From a virus (taxonomy: Duplodnaviria; Caudoviricetes), in IMG/VR virus record IMGVR_UViG_3300042334_000755, positions 1 to 42,529 of that record: 42,529 nt of DNA; one strand, written 5' to 3'. The position numbers and the translations under genes are program-made. A model generated the notes under the pieces. It was not told the DNA's origin and searched no databases. It was given only the letters and a program-made list of their open reading frames with translations. This document shows, piece after piece, positions 18,403 to 30,431 of the stretch. The first letter of the stretch is position 1. Each line of letters begins with the position of its first letter.

Positions 18403-18990
18403 TTATTTTAAATATCCATCAGTAAAATTTGATGAATTAAAATGAATTCTATTTGTATGTTGTGATGAATGATTTTCATCTTTTGCAAATATACCTACAA
18501 AATCATTCCAAATATCGGTAATTTTAATACCTATAAATGATTCTAATAATACACAATTGTACCCTGATCTTTTACCCCAGTTTTGAAGAGCTAATCCACT
18601 ATCTGGGAAAAATCTCCAACAATCAACAGGAAACCTATGAACCTGTCCATTTGATGGTACATTTATATATAATAATCCAGTTGGTTTAAGTATTCTTAAT
18701 GATTCATTGAATATCAACCAAAAAAATTCTGAATGTTCAAAACATGAACTACTTACAATAACATCAACAGATTCATTTTCAAAAGGTAAAGAATATGGAT
18801 CAGTGATTACAATATCAACTCCATTTCCCTTAACAAAATCTACTCCTATATATTTGTTATTTGGTGGTGCCACTGATCTTAAACTACCATTTACATCTTG
18901 AGATCCTATATCAACTATAGTTAAATCTTTAGTATTTTTAAGATAAGTATCAAAAAATTTACCACCGTATTCCATTGCAGTATCATGCAT
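18403..18990 (-). CDS. Class I SAM-dependent methyltransferase
   Basis: IVDIGS, YIGVD, SCFEH, RILKPTG; start reassigned to MHDTAM (18990) with AAAGGA SD. Confidence 0.8.
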   Translation of the reverse strand: MHDTAMEYGGKFFDTYLKNTKDLTIVDIGSQDVNGSLRSVAPPNNKYIGVDFVKGNGVDIVITDPYSLPFENESVDVIVSSSCFEHSEFFWLIFNESLRILKPTGLLYINVPSNGQVHRFPVDCWRFFPDSGLALQNWGKRSGYNCVLLESFIGIKITDIWNDFVGIFAKDENHSSQHTNRIHFNSSNFTDGYLK

Positions 18991-18997
18991 ATTTAAA

Positions 18998-19783
18998 TTA
19001 TCCTTTAACAATTATTGACTTATCCGTAAACGGATCTGGCCAATCTACTCGTGCGGATGAAAGACCGTTATATCTAAAATCACTAACGCTTTCAGTTGGT
19101 ATCTTATTCCATATAAGATCAGGTCTTTCTTTAATATCAGGGTCAACATGATAGGCAACAAGACCAGTAAAAAATCGTACAGAATAAATTAAAGAAAATA
19201 AATCTACAATTTTTTGATTTTGTACAATCGGAAATTCACCAGGAAAAAAGTGATCGTTTTTTATAAGTAAAGAATCAGTAGAATCCTTAACATATTCCAA
19301 AAAACTATGTTCTCTATGTGCTGAAAATTCTTTTAGAAAACTTGTTACTGTATCTTCAACAGCAATTATACATTTATTTTTTGCAGCCTTAAGAGCCTCT
19401 GATACAGTTACAATTTGTTGAAAAGATTGATGACCACCATCGTCAAGTAATACATCAAAATTACCTATACTATTGAATGTGGTTTTCCAAAATTCAGGAT
19501 CACCTTGATCACCAATATATATCTCAAAACCATATTGTTCCCATTTTTTTGCAGCAGGATTTAAATCAATACCAATAATTCTGGCATTATCACCTAACCA
19601 CTTTCTCCACATGAATAATGATCCACCATTGAAAACCCCAGTTTCAATAAAAGTACAATTAGTACCTCGTAAATGCTTAAATAATTCAGCATAAATTTTA
19701 AAGTAATTTGTTACTTTAAATGATGATTCCTGAGATTGAAGAAAACATTGTAATAATTCTTGTTCATCATCATGATGATCCAT
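18998..19783 (-). CDS. Class I SAM-dependent methyltransferase (sugar O-methyltransferase-like)
   Basis: FIETGVFNGGS, IIGIDLN, GDQGD, LDDGGH, VED. Confidence 0.8.
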   Translation of the reverse strand: MDHHDDEQELLQCFLQSQESSFKVTNYFKIYAELFKHLRGTNCTFIETGVFNGGSLFMWRKWLGDNARIIGIDLNPAAKKWEQYGFEIYIGDQGDPEFWKTTFNSIGNFDVLLDDGGHQSFQQIVTVSEALKAAKNKCIIAVEDTVTSFLKEFSAHREHSFLEYVKDSTDSLLIKNDHFFPGEFPIVQNQKIVDLFSLIYSVRFFTGLVAYHVDPDIKERPDLIWNKIPTESVSDFRYNGLSSARVDWPDPFTDKSIIVKG

Positions 19784-19807
19784 GTAAAAATCCCTATTAA
19801 CAGTGTT

Positions 19808-19836
19808 ATTTTACACGATTAATAGGGAGTAATCAA
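19808..19836 (-). promoter_or_regulatory. sigma70-type promoter for the methyltransferase pair
   Basis: TTGATT, N17, TAAAAT. Confidence 0.55.
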
Positions 19837-19859
19837 TACTTATTGGATACATTAATAAT

Positions 19860-21953
19860 TTATTTTCTATGATCCAAAAATCTTTGCATTGTAGCCATTT
19901 CTTTATGATATCTTCTAATATCATCTTCAGTTGGTTGTTGTTGAAGACTAGTTGGAGTTCCTGGAATAGCACTTGGTGATCCCATACCGGCACCACCAAA
20001 CTCTGGATTATCAGCTTCATCCAATCCTTTATCTACTGGGAATCCCATACGTTCGGCAGCCAATTGCATATAATGTTCTACTTCACCATCATCTAAAGCA
20101 TTTGGCATTGCTGATCTCCAAAGTTTAAACTTTTGTTCATAAGTAGCATCTGGATTTTTTAAGATTTCTCTCATTGGAGTGGCACGTGGCCCTTCCTCAT
20201 TTGAATATTGATCGCCAGTTTCTTGACGACTAATGATATTCAATTTATCAAAGTTGAATATAATATTCCCTTCTCTTTTAGTTGGTTGACCATTATACTT
20301 GAGTAAATATTGAAATTCATTCTTCTGATCTGCACCTACTACTACAACAGCATTCTTATAACCATCTTTATTAAGTTCATGTAATACATCTATCAAGTTT
20401 TTAGAACTTTGAAATGATGATGAATGTTGAGGAAATACTGTACGATAGATATCTAATTTTTCATCTGGCATTAATGGATCATCTTTACCAGTAGTTTCAC
20501 TAACAATAAAATATGGATCGGCATTTATTTTTTTAGCCATAGTGAATACGGCATTTGCCAAATACATATGACCTTTATGACCCATACCACGACCCCAACC
20601 AACTACACATGTGTCACTATCACCGATTTTCTGAATGTTTTCTTTTAGAGCCGCTTTGGCACTTTTAGCAAGTTTAGGGTCAGTTTTTACTTCACTTTTT
20701 TTTGCCAAACCAACTCTACCCTGTGCTCTGTTAGCAGCAGTGAATCCACCACGCTTAACAAATTTTAAGGGTTGACTACCACCAGTTGGATCACTTACAA
20801 GTCCTTCTCCACTTTTTGCTCCACCAGGCAATTCTGCTCTAATATGAACATCTTTAAGTGTTGGTTCTTCTACTTGATCAACGATAGCATCTTTTACATT
20901 CATAATGCCACGAACTAATTTGAATGTAGCACTAAGACCAGCGCCACCATTTTTAATCATATCAATGGCTATCTGTCTACGACCCTTTGTAAATATAGGA
21001 TCTGTTTCTGCCCATTGAGCCATGTTACCGCCAAGATTTTCTAATCCACCTGGATGATCTACTTGACTGTTAACATATTTATATATTGATGCTCTCCATT
21101 GTTTTGTGGCTGTCGCTGGATCTGCAAAAGTTGCAATCCATTCTGGAGTTGGTGTAACAAAACCTTCAATAGCACTAGCATTACTAGTTAGAAAACTGTA
21201 TAATTTATTGATTGCACTAGTTGGAATTTGTGCTTGAACCATTGAATACTTTGGTGGTAATATAATAACATCTTTACTACCAACACCTTGAATAAGTTGT
21301 GTTAAATTTTCAGTTCTTCTTTGTCCACCTAAACCAGGCAATTGATCAAAATAAGCTGTAATAGCTGATGCTGAAGTACTTTGAGCGATACGTTGTCCTA
21401 ATGGACTATTTTGATCTACATGATAGATAACAGTATTTGGTTTAAAGTAATATTCACCCTTGTCATTAAGTTCAGGTCTTGTTTTATATAATAAACCACC
21501 CTCTAAGAATCCACGAAAATCTTTTGGTGTGGCTGCATCATATATACCATGTAACTCAGCCATACTATTTACAAATATCATTCTATCTTGACTAACTTCA
21601 CCTTTACTACGTCCAATATAACTACGTTTTACATCTTCTGGACTAGCATTGAATTCTTTATGAAACTTATCACCTAAATGAAAACGACCTTGTTCATCAC
21701 GACCAAAAATGATAGCTGGACTTCCGTCCCATTTGATCTCTAGATGACTACTATCTTTAGCAATACTCGCCAGCCTGTCTATGGCTCTCTTGGCGCCTGT
21801 CGGACCATAAATGTATACTAAATCTTCAATGTGTTGAAATTCACGACCAACATCCTCTACTTTATCTTCCATCAAAGTAGGATCAATTAATTCAGATACT
21901 TCTTGTCCGATAATTCTTGTTAATTGTTGTTCAAATAGTTTCAAATAATTCAT
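19860..21953 (-). CDS. Fusion of a ligase-like (KxDG) domain and an HxGH nucleotidyl/cytidylyltransferase-like domain
   Basis: HIEDL...IKWDGSPAI...GEGLV...LKFVKR in the N-terminal part; VVGWGRGMGHKGH...VVGAD...ATPMR in the C-terminal part; start probably MNYLK (21953). Confidence 0.65.
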   Translation of the reverse strand: MNYLKLFEQQLTRIIGQEVSELIDPTLMEDKVEDVGREFQHIEDLVYIYGPTGAKRAIDRLASIAKDSSHLEIKWDGSPAIIFGRDEQGRFHLGDKFHKEFNASPEDVKRSYIGRSKGEVSQDRMIFVNSMAELHGIYDAATPKDFRGFLEGGLLYKTRPELNDKGEYYFKPNTVIYHVDQNSPLGQRIAQSTSASAITAYFDQLPGLGGQRRTENLTQLIQGVGSKDVIILPPKYSMVQAQIPTSAINKLYSFLTSNASAIEGFVTPTPEWIATFADPATATKQWRASIYKYVNSQVDHPGGLENLGGNMAQWAETDPIFTKGRRQIAIDMIKNGGAGLSATFKLVRGIMNVKDAIVDQVEEPTLKDVHIRAELPGGAKSGEGLVSDPTGGSQPLKFVKRGGFTAANRAQGRVGLAKKSEVKTDPKLAKSAKAALKENIQKIGDSDTCVVGWGRGMGHKGHMYLANAVFTMAKKINADPYFIVSETTGKDDPLMPDEKLDIYRTVFPQHSSSFQSSKNLIDVLHELNKDGYKNAVVVVGADQKNEFQYLLKYNGQPTKREGNIIFNFDKLNIISRQETGDQYSNEEGPRATPMREILKNPDATYEQKFKLWRSAMPNALDDGEVEHYMQLAAERMGFPVDKGLDEADNPEFGGAGMGSPSAIPGTPTSLQQQPTEDDIRRYHKEMATMQRFLDHRK

Positions 21954-21954
21954 T

Positions 21955-23358
21955 TTAAATTCCACTTAGACGCTTAATATGATCCAACAAACTCATTGCC
22001 TCTTTAACAGGCGGTGGTGGCGGAATATTATTTTGTACTGGTGCAGCAGGTTCTTTCGGTTGTTCAGCCGGAGGTTCTGCAGGTTCTTCTGGTTCCGGAA
22101 TCACTGGTTCTTCATCAGTTGATTGTACTTTATCTAATATCTCATCGTATTCACGACCTAATTGTTCTGACATCCAAGCTATGATAATTGGACGAGCATC
22201 TCTATTAGAATCAAGTGAAGCCGCTTTCATTAATCTAGCATTCAAACCATCTTTTTCTAAGATACCTGATAATTCACCAATTGCGTTTGACGCATCTGGA
22301 CCAAGTGGAATAATATCACTATCATTACCAAGTAAATCAATCAATTCTTCTTTTTGTAATGGTTGATTTGGAATTAATGCCTCTCCAATTAGATTATCTG
22401 CCCATGCTTCAAACATAGAAGCTTCATTTGTTTCTGTTATAGTTAAGTTTAAACGACTTAAAATAGGCAATGCCGATTCAATACGAGTATCTAATGTATT
22501 AGTTCTAAACAATTCAGTTAAATTACTAGTATCACCATCTTCCATAATAGTTGGCTGCCAACTTTCAAAATAGTTATTATATCCACGAGTACTTTGTAAA
22601 CGTTTTAATGATTCTCTTAAACTTTGATAGTGATTAGCGGCTTCTGTAACAATACGTTGTACACTTTCATTAAATTGTCCAGATTTTGTGGCTCTTACAA
22701 ATCCACCTAGTTTCTTAACATCTTGAACCATTTCACTGATATGACTCCAACGTTGATCGTTATATTGTCCACCTTCTGCCAAATGTCTAGCAAATACACG
22801 ACCAATTGATGGTTTAGTTGAAGGTACCAATACACGTTCACCCATTTCATTTTCTAAAAAGATACGCTCAACATAACGATATCTGGCATCTGTTTCACCT
22901 AATGTCTTATTATGTTTAATAATCATTTTAATAGTTGGTGGGCCATTATCACTATAACTTGTATGTTTGTTACCGTAATATCCTTCAGCAATATTTTTTC
23001 TGTGTTGTCTTACTTTCATATCATCATCCAATTTACTCATATCTTTAAGTTTTTTCTTCAATCCATGAGTAATAGCAAAATGACCCATTTGATCAATAAA
23101 CTTAACCCAACCAGTATTTTCATCTGATGAACGTGTCACAGATGTGTTGAAATAAATTATTAAAAATCTTGAATCATCAACAGTAATAGTAACAGTACCA
23201 TAACTCTTTTCGCCACTTTCAAACTTAAATTGAAATGCTTCTGCTTCTTCTGGAATAGGAACTTGTTGACCGGCACTATCATACATAGTGACAGAGTATC
23301 CACGACCACGTAATAGATCGTATAATTCAATATTGACTGATTCAGTACTTTTTGGCAT
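21955..23358 (-). CDS. Probable virion (head) protein, 467 aa
   Basis: Late box at 23380-23385; multiple [LIVF]-x-E sites, Pro/Glu-rich linker, ends IKRLSGI. Confidence 0.55.
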   Translation of the reverse strand: MPKSTESVNIELYDLLRGRGYSVTMYDSAGQQVPIPEEAEAFQFKFESGEKSYGTVTITVDDSRFLIIYFNTSVTRSSDENTGWVKFIDQMGHFAITHGLKKKLKDMSKLDDDMKVRQHRKNIAEGYYGNKHTSYSDNGPPTIKMIIKHNKTLGETDARYRYVERIFLENEMGERVLVPSTKPSIGRVFARHLAEGGQYNDQRWSHISEMVQDVKKLGGFVRATKSGQFNESVQRIVTEAANHYQSLRESLKRLQSTRGYNNYFESWQPTIMEDGDTSNLTELFRTNTLDTRIESALPILSRLNLTITETNEASMFEAWADNLIGEALIPNQPLQKEELIDLLGNDSDIIPLGPDASNAIGELSGILEKDGLNARLMKAASLDSNRDARPIIIAWMSEQLGREYDEILDKVQSTDEEPVIPEPEEPAEPPAEQPKEPAAPVQNNIPPPPPVKEAMSLLDHIKRLSGI

Positions 23359-23396
23359 AGTGATTTCTCTAATATCTATTATTTATCATAAATCTG

Positions 23397-25287
<1,891 letters not shown>

Positions 25288-25312
25288 AGTAGAGTATTTA
25301 GTTACATAAAGC

Positions 25313-25340
25313 AAAAACTCTAGATATTATTCTAGAGTTT
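25313..25340 (-). terminator. Intrinsic terminator after the kinase gene
   Basis: AAACTCTAGA-ATAATA-TCTAGAGTTTTT. Confidence 0.65.
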
Positions 25341-25345
25341 GTTGT

Positions 25346-25990
25346 TTAGTATTCTTCTTCAACTACCCATGGATCAAGGATAACTATTGTCCCATTGTTT
25401 CGCATCATGAAGTTTTTAGGATTTAGATCAAATGTCCATCCTTTTCTCTCAGATATGCGAGCAAGTTCACCCATAGTTTTGTAAAATAGTTTTAACCCAT
25501 TTTTTCCATCGGTTTTTTCAAAATGATCGTATAATTCTTTGTTTTTGTCGTATTTTTGAATCATTTGATCAAAACTATCGCCCATTTCCGCATCAGTTGA
25601 CATATTGTATAAGTTCCATCCCCAAGTTGGTCGTAACTCAGTTAAATACTCTTGACGTATTTGTAAGTAAACGTGATCATTCCAATAGAAGCTTTCAAAG
25701 CCGCTGAACTTAGGTAGAAATGGATTACTCTTATGATCGTTACAATACTTAGCCCAAGTAAAGAACATTTTATGATCGTTAGAGAACTTTGGGTTTGTTC
25801 TTTTTCCCGATGGAGCATGTGCAACATCATATTTAGTTCCAAATATTTTAAGAACTTGACCAGTTCCTGGTTCAAGAAATGATGTTTGATCAACACCTTT
25901 CCCTAAAAGCTTATATCCTTTATCAGTGAGATATTTAATGATTTCTGGATCAGTGTCAGTATATTCGTCTATAATTTGATTGATTTTCAT
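25346..25990 (-). CDS. Protein kinase-like protein, late
   Basis: Gly loop LLGKGVD, VLKIF, QEYL hinge, catalytic FDLNPKNFM, metal-binding ILDPW; TAAATA at 25998-26003, N7, ATG. Confidence 0.75.
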   Translation of the reverse strand: MKINQIIDEYTDTDPEIIKYLTDKGYKLLGKGVDQTSFLEPGTGQVLKIFGTKYDVAHAPSGKRTNPKFSNDHKMFFTWAKYCNDHKSNPFLPKFSGFESFYWNDHVYLQIRQEYLTELRPTWGWNLYNMSTDAEMGDSFDQMIQKYDKNKELYDHFEKTDGKNGLKLFYKTMGELARISERKGWTFDLNPKNFMMRNNGTIVILDPWVVEEEY

Positions 25991-26044
25991 GATATAGTAT
26001 TTAGTATTTTACTCAACAAACTTTATCATGATAAAATTTTATGT

Positions 26045-26725
26045 TTATTTTACGTCTAAAGATCGTTTTTTAGTAGCTACAATACAATAAAACTGTTCTT
26101 TTACTTTCTCAACATCTTCACCAATTGACAAATCAAACTCCATAGTTTGAAACTTATCAATGTCAAAACCAGTTCTTTGTAACAGTGCAATCAATTGACT
26201 TGGTCCAAGTATACTATAATGATTTAAATTCCATTCATGTTTACGTTCACAATCTGGTGCTGGAACTTCAATATATATTTTACTATCTTGTTTAAGAATA
26301 CGATTGTATTCCATTAATGTTATGATTGGATATGGACTATGTTCTAATGTATGACGTAAGAAAATGAAATCAACACTGTTATCATCATAACCTTTACTTT
26401 GAGGTAAAAAACTAAAGTCATGTTTTTCTACAGTATGACCTTTACTCATACAAAGATCAACATCTTCATCACTTAGTGTTATACCAACAACATTTTTATA
26501 CTTACGTTTTTTCATTTCATCCAAGAAGTATCCTGGACCACATCCAAGATCAAGAATCTTTGCAGTTTTATTTAACTTAAGAGGATCAATGTAATCTTTA
26601 ACAACTTTAGCGGTTAATTCTTTATGAAAACCACTATTACCTTCGGCATAGATATGATTTTGATAAAGCCAATCTACATAAAATCTTAGTTTAATTACAT
26701 CTATAGTTGCTGCAGCATCAATCAT
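26045..26725 (-). CDS. Class I SAM-dependent methyltransferase, late
   Basis: ILDLGCGPG, RHTLEHSP, RILK, YIEVP; TATAAATA at 26748-26755. Confidence 0.85.
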   Translation of the reverse strand: MIDAAATIDVIKLRFYVDWLYQNHIYAEGNSGFHKELTAKVVKDYIDPLKLNKTAKILDLGCGPGYFLDEMKKRKYKNVVGITLSDEDVDLCMSKGHTVEKHDFSFLPQSKGYDDNSVDFIFLRHTLEHSPYPIITLMEYNRILKQDSKIYIEVPAPDCERKHEWNLNHYSILGPSQLIALLQRTGFDIDKFQTMEFDLSIGEDVEKVKEQFYCIVATKKRSLDVK

Positions 26726-26773
26726 TATAATCCTTCAATTAGTAAGATATTTATAATGACTGATGTGTGTGTA

Positions 26774-28432
26774 TTATTTTCTTAGTAGTGGTGGACGACC
26801 ATTTCTGGCTATTTTCCAACCAAGTTTGGCAGCATTTTTTTTCATAGTATCTGGATGAATATCTACTGTTAATGCGGTCTTGAATCTAGGATCATTCTTT
26901 TCACTTTCACTAGGAATGTAACCGCTTGCTTCTTTTAATGCCGCTTTTCTCATGTAATGATTACGCAACTCTAAATCTTTTCTGGTGGCTTTTCTGATCA
27001 GATTCAAGTATTTGTTTACAGGAACTTCTATTATTTTCATCGGCTCAATTGCGGTGACTTCAGGCACTGAATGAAACTCTCTGCTATTCCCACCTTGCAC
27101 GAACTGCGGTTTCCCATCGGGATCATACATCGGCACTTTATGCAGATATACCTTTTCGCCTTTTCGTATGTTGCCACTAAACAAAACCATCTGCGGATCA
27201 TTGGGGAACATTCCGGTATCTGAACCAGAAGTAGTAAGTCCCATTGCTATAGCAACTTTTGGATCGGTAGTAGCATAGATAGCATTTTGATTGCTACCAG
27301 CGGCTCCTCCTGTATCTTTTGCTTGACGAGGAATTAAAACTTCATTTCTATGTCTGGATCCGTGCCATAGATAAGTGTTCTTTGAATGTTTGACATCTTC
27401 TGCCACATTAAATGTTGGATCTGTTTTTTGACGAGGCATATTTTTAGGCTGATCAGGGTCTATAGGATCAATATCAGTTGTTTCAAGTCCTAGTCTCTTT
27501 AAGGCATTTATATAATTGTGTTCTTCTTCTTCGCTTCCAAATGCCATTATGGTACTTGGAGGACCTTTTCCAAAAATACTTGGATCTACTTTATCTAAGT
27601 TACTAATGTTTGTTCCTAGTTTATACCAATCGTATAAATCACTAACATCTACTCTAACTGTACCTTTGGGCATAGTAGGCTTAGATTCAGGACCAGGAGG
27701 TACATCATTTGGATGCCAATCTTCATCTAAACTTAATTGGATACTATATAATCTGTTACGATGATTATATAACTTGTCAATGATTCCGTTAGTACGTAAG
27801 ATTTTAAATGCAATGTTTTCTGGTCCAAATTCACCATGTTTATCTAACCCAGCCTGACGATAACGTTTAATAGTACTAAGTACTTTGTCAATTTGATCTA
27901 TATTATTACTTCTATTAGCAATTTCAGCCATTTGAACTAATTTAGTTACTTTATTTTTTACTGAATTTTGATCTATTGATGCACGTTGTTTTCTTGGAAA
28001 TTTAATCCACTTATCATTAAGTATACTATATTCACCTAAACTTTTTACTGGTTGATTTTTATCTTGAACATATAATTCTACATCATAACCACGAATTTTA
28101 ATATCATGATCAGCGTTAAATAGATTTTTCTTGGCAGTAAATAATTCTCTATATATATCATCATTATTAATCTTGTTCATATCTACTAAAATATGTAGAT
28201 CAATATCACTATGATCAGTATAGGTATAAGCAGCATTACTACCACTTAGTGTAATATCATCAATATCTAGATTATTAATTCCCAAATAGTCAATGAATTC
28301 ATTTGCTATTTCTAACAATTTTTCTCTAACATCAGATGCCATACGTTCATCATTAAATAACATTGGATTTAATTCTGTGCGAAATTTAATTGCATCACTT
28401 AATTTGTAAGATTCTAATTCATTGATATTCAT
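26774..28432 (-). CDS. Multidomain protein: Pol-beta-like nucleotidyltransferase plus ADP-ribosyltransferase-like domain
   Basis: LSGSNAAY...SDIDLHI...VELYVQ (GS-DxD-E); later YLWHGS...L.P...AIYATTDP...REF (H-Y-E pattern). Confidence 0.7.
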   Translation of the reverse strand: MNINELESYKLSDAIKFRTELNPMLFNDERMASDVREKLLEIANEFIDYLGINNLDIDDITLSGSNAAYTYTDHSDIDLHILVDMNKINNDDIYRELFTAKKNLFNADHDIKIRGYDVELYVQDKNQPVKSLGEYSILNDKWIKFPRKQRASIDQNSVKNKVTKLVQMAEIANRSNNIDQIDKVLSTIKRYRQAGLDKHGEFGPENIAFKILRTNGIIDKLYNHRNRLYSIQLSLDEDWHPNDVPPGPESKPTMPKGTVRVDVSDLYDWYKLGTNISNLDKVDPSIFGKGPPSTIMAFGSEEEEHNYINALKRLGLETTDIDPIDPDQPKNMPRQKTDPTFNVAEDVKHSKNTYLWHGSRHRNEVLIPRQAKDTGGAAGSNQNAIYATTDPKVAIAMGLTTSGSDTGMFPNDPQMVLFSGNIRKGEKVYLHKVPMYDPDGKPQFVQGGNSREFHSVPEVTAIEPMKIIEVPVNKYLNLIRKATRKDLELRNHYMRKAALKEASGYIPSESEKNDPRFKTALTVDIHPDTMKKNAAKLGWKIARNGRPPLLRK

Positions 28433-28437
28433 ATATT

Positions 28438-29295
28438 CTATTGATTGTTAACTGATTTAATGATCCAAAAATCTGCGCTCATATTTGTGTTTTGAATCAC
28501 TCGAAAAGGCATATAAAAATATCCCTTGTCACCCCAATTTGCACCCCAACTATTTCTTGCTATAAAATAATTATTAGTTTTATCATAGCCTACTAATAAT
28601 ACGGCATGACCACCTAATAAGTATTCTTTACTTATGTTAGGATATGGCATTATACCAGTTTTTGCCACCGCTTGTGTTTGAAAACTACTATATACATAAA
28701 ATCCAATAGTTACAGGAAATCCATTTGTAAGAGCATTAATACAAGCATCAAAGTTCAATGCTCGTTCATATAATGTAACTTTTCTCTTAACACCATCATT
28801 AATAGCTTGTTGAGTTGGCTTGATTTTAAATTTACTAATATTATATGGCCACAATTTTTCTTGTGGAGCTCCATAATTATAGGCTGCCTTGATTGCAGTT
28901 CTGATATAGGCACCACTATCGTAATTAATCGTTCCCTCTAATAATCTTGTATAGTAGTATATATACAATCTACTAACATCAATCCAATTATTATTTTTCT
29001 TATCTAAGTATTCAATAGCACCAGCAATTGCATTACCAGTACAACTACCTAATCTACCCTGTTGTTCAATAGGAGAACAATATGGTCTTAAATCTACTTT
29101 ATTCACTGATTGTGTTGATACAACTTGATATTTATAATCTCTAGCGTCAAACTTATCTGGTACCCAATTATATCTAGGAATTTTGAATAATTTAGGTTCT
29201 ATTCTAACAGATTCTTTATAGTTAGGATTGTATTGTTTATTTAATTGTGGATCTTGTGTAACATCAATACGTTGTGGCAATACTATTTTTGTCAT
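28438..29295 (-). CDS. Papain-like cysteine peptidase (C1A)
   Basis: QGRLGSCTGNA, GGHAVLLVGY, RNSWG.NWGDKGYF. Confidence 0.92.
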   Translation of the reverse strand: MTKIVLPQRIDVTQDPQLNKQYNPNYKESVRIEPKLFKIPRYNWVPDKFDARDYKYQVVSTQSVNKVDLRPYCSPIEQQGRLGSCTGNAIAGAIEYLDKKNNNWIDVSRLYIYYYTRLLEGTINYDSGAYIRTAIKAAYNYGAPQEKLWPYNISKFKIKPTQQAINDGVKRKVTLYERALNFDACINALTNGFPVTIGFYVYSSFQTQAVAKTGIMPYPNISKEYLLGGHAVLLVGYDKTNNYFIARNSWGANWGDKGYFYMPFRVIQNTNMSADFWIIKSVNNQ

Positions 29296-29327
29296 GATAA
29301 GTTCCTGATAACATTAATATTTATCAG

Positions 29328-29355
29328 AAAATGATAAGGGAGAGCGAACTCTCCC
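29328..29355 (-). terminator. Terminator-like hairpin with UUCG loop
   Basis: GGGAGAG-TTCG-CTCTCCC followed by TTATCATTTT. Confidence 0.7.
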
Positions 29356-29360
29356 CATTT

Positions 29361-30431
29361 TTACTTAGATTTTACTTTTTTAATTGATTTTTCATTACTA
29401 GTATCAATCAATTGAGCTTTACCAGATTTGACCATGATATCCATATATTGTGGTCCAATACTATCTAATAGTAATTGTTGATTTTCCATACAGTACATAT
29501 ATGATCCAGTATGACGTAACAGAATACGTTTATCTACCCAAATCTTACCACCAACATCACGCCAATTTTCACAAGCAGTCCAATCTTCACTATAATATCT
29601 TCCCTGACGAACTGCAGTATCCCAATATGTACGTAAATATTGATCATAAACTGGATCTAATCCAATATCATTCTTATATGATTTGACAGCTGGATGAGTG
29701 GCTAACTTAGAGAATACATCACGTTTAGTCAATAAGAAACCTGTACCGGCCTTACTAACTTCTTGAAGACCATTCTCTCCAGTTTCTGCTCCATCAAACC
29801 CATTGACTACCCATTTAATTGGCATTGATTTCATTGGATATAATCCACCAATCATATCTTTATTATGATTAAGTAATGCTAATAAATGCCATGCTTCCCA
29901 ACCAATATCAGCATCAATAAACATCAAATGAGTTGATTCTTTCTGATGTAAAAATTTAGCAGTCAATGTATTTCTCGCACGACTAATTAACGATTCATTG
30001 ACCATGGTTTCAATTGTCCAATCAATTCCCATTTGTCTAGTTGCATTGCTAAATTTAATGAAACTCATAAATGTTGATTCAGTTAACATACCACCATAAC
30101 ATGGCATTGCAATATGACAACGAGTTGTTTTTAGAAATTCAGTATCAATTTGAATTTGAATTTGACCTGGTTTTAATGTTGCTTTTCCATCTTTCTTAAC
30201 ATCTACAGATTTTTCATTTGGTTTTGGTGCTAATCCTCCAGCTCTAGCTTCTTGTGGAGCTTTGTCTGCCATCTCTAGTACAGCATCAACTGGGATTTCT
30301 TTCTTTGATTTTTTGGGAGTTTTTGGTATAATAATCGCTGGAGATTCAACTGATTTATTAGCTGACATTTTACCAGATTTTTTTGATTTTAATTCTTCTG
30401 TGAGATTAACTTCTTTTTGTTTACGTGCCAT
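29361..30431 (-). CDS. GT-A fold glycosyltransferase-like protein with Lys-rich N-terminal extension
   Basis: IAMPCYGG, ESLISRARN, HLMFIDADIGW (DxD), GTGF, SEDW, L.H.G; late box at 30454-30459. Confidence 0.75.
   Translation of the reverse strand: MARKQKEVNLTEELKSKKSGKMSANKSVESPAIIIPKTPKKSKKEIPVDAVLEMADKAPQEARAGGLAPKPNEKSVDVKKDGKATLKPGQIQIQIDTEFLKTTRCHIAMPCYGGMLTESTFMSFIKFSNATRQMGIDWTIETMVNESLISRARNTLTAKFLHQKESTHLMFIDADIGWEAWHLLALLNHNKDMIGGLYPMKSMPIKWVVNGFDGAETGENGLQEVSKAGTGFLLTKRDVFSKLATHPAVKSYKNDIGLDPVYDQYLRTYWDTAVRQGRYYSEDWTACENWRDVGGKIWVDKRILLRHTGSYMYCMENQQLLLDSIGPQYMDIMVKSGKAQLIDTSNEKSIKKVKSK

Noticed and set aside
26022-26035. Palindrome TTTATCATGATAAA, repeated at 31933-31946
   Set aside because: Very AT-rich, second copy lies within a coding region, no consistent position; may be chance
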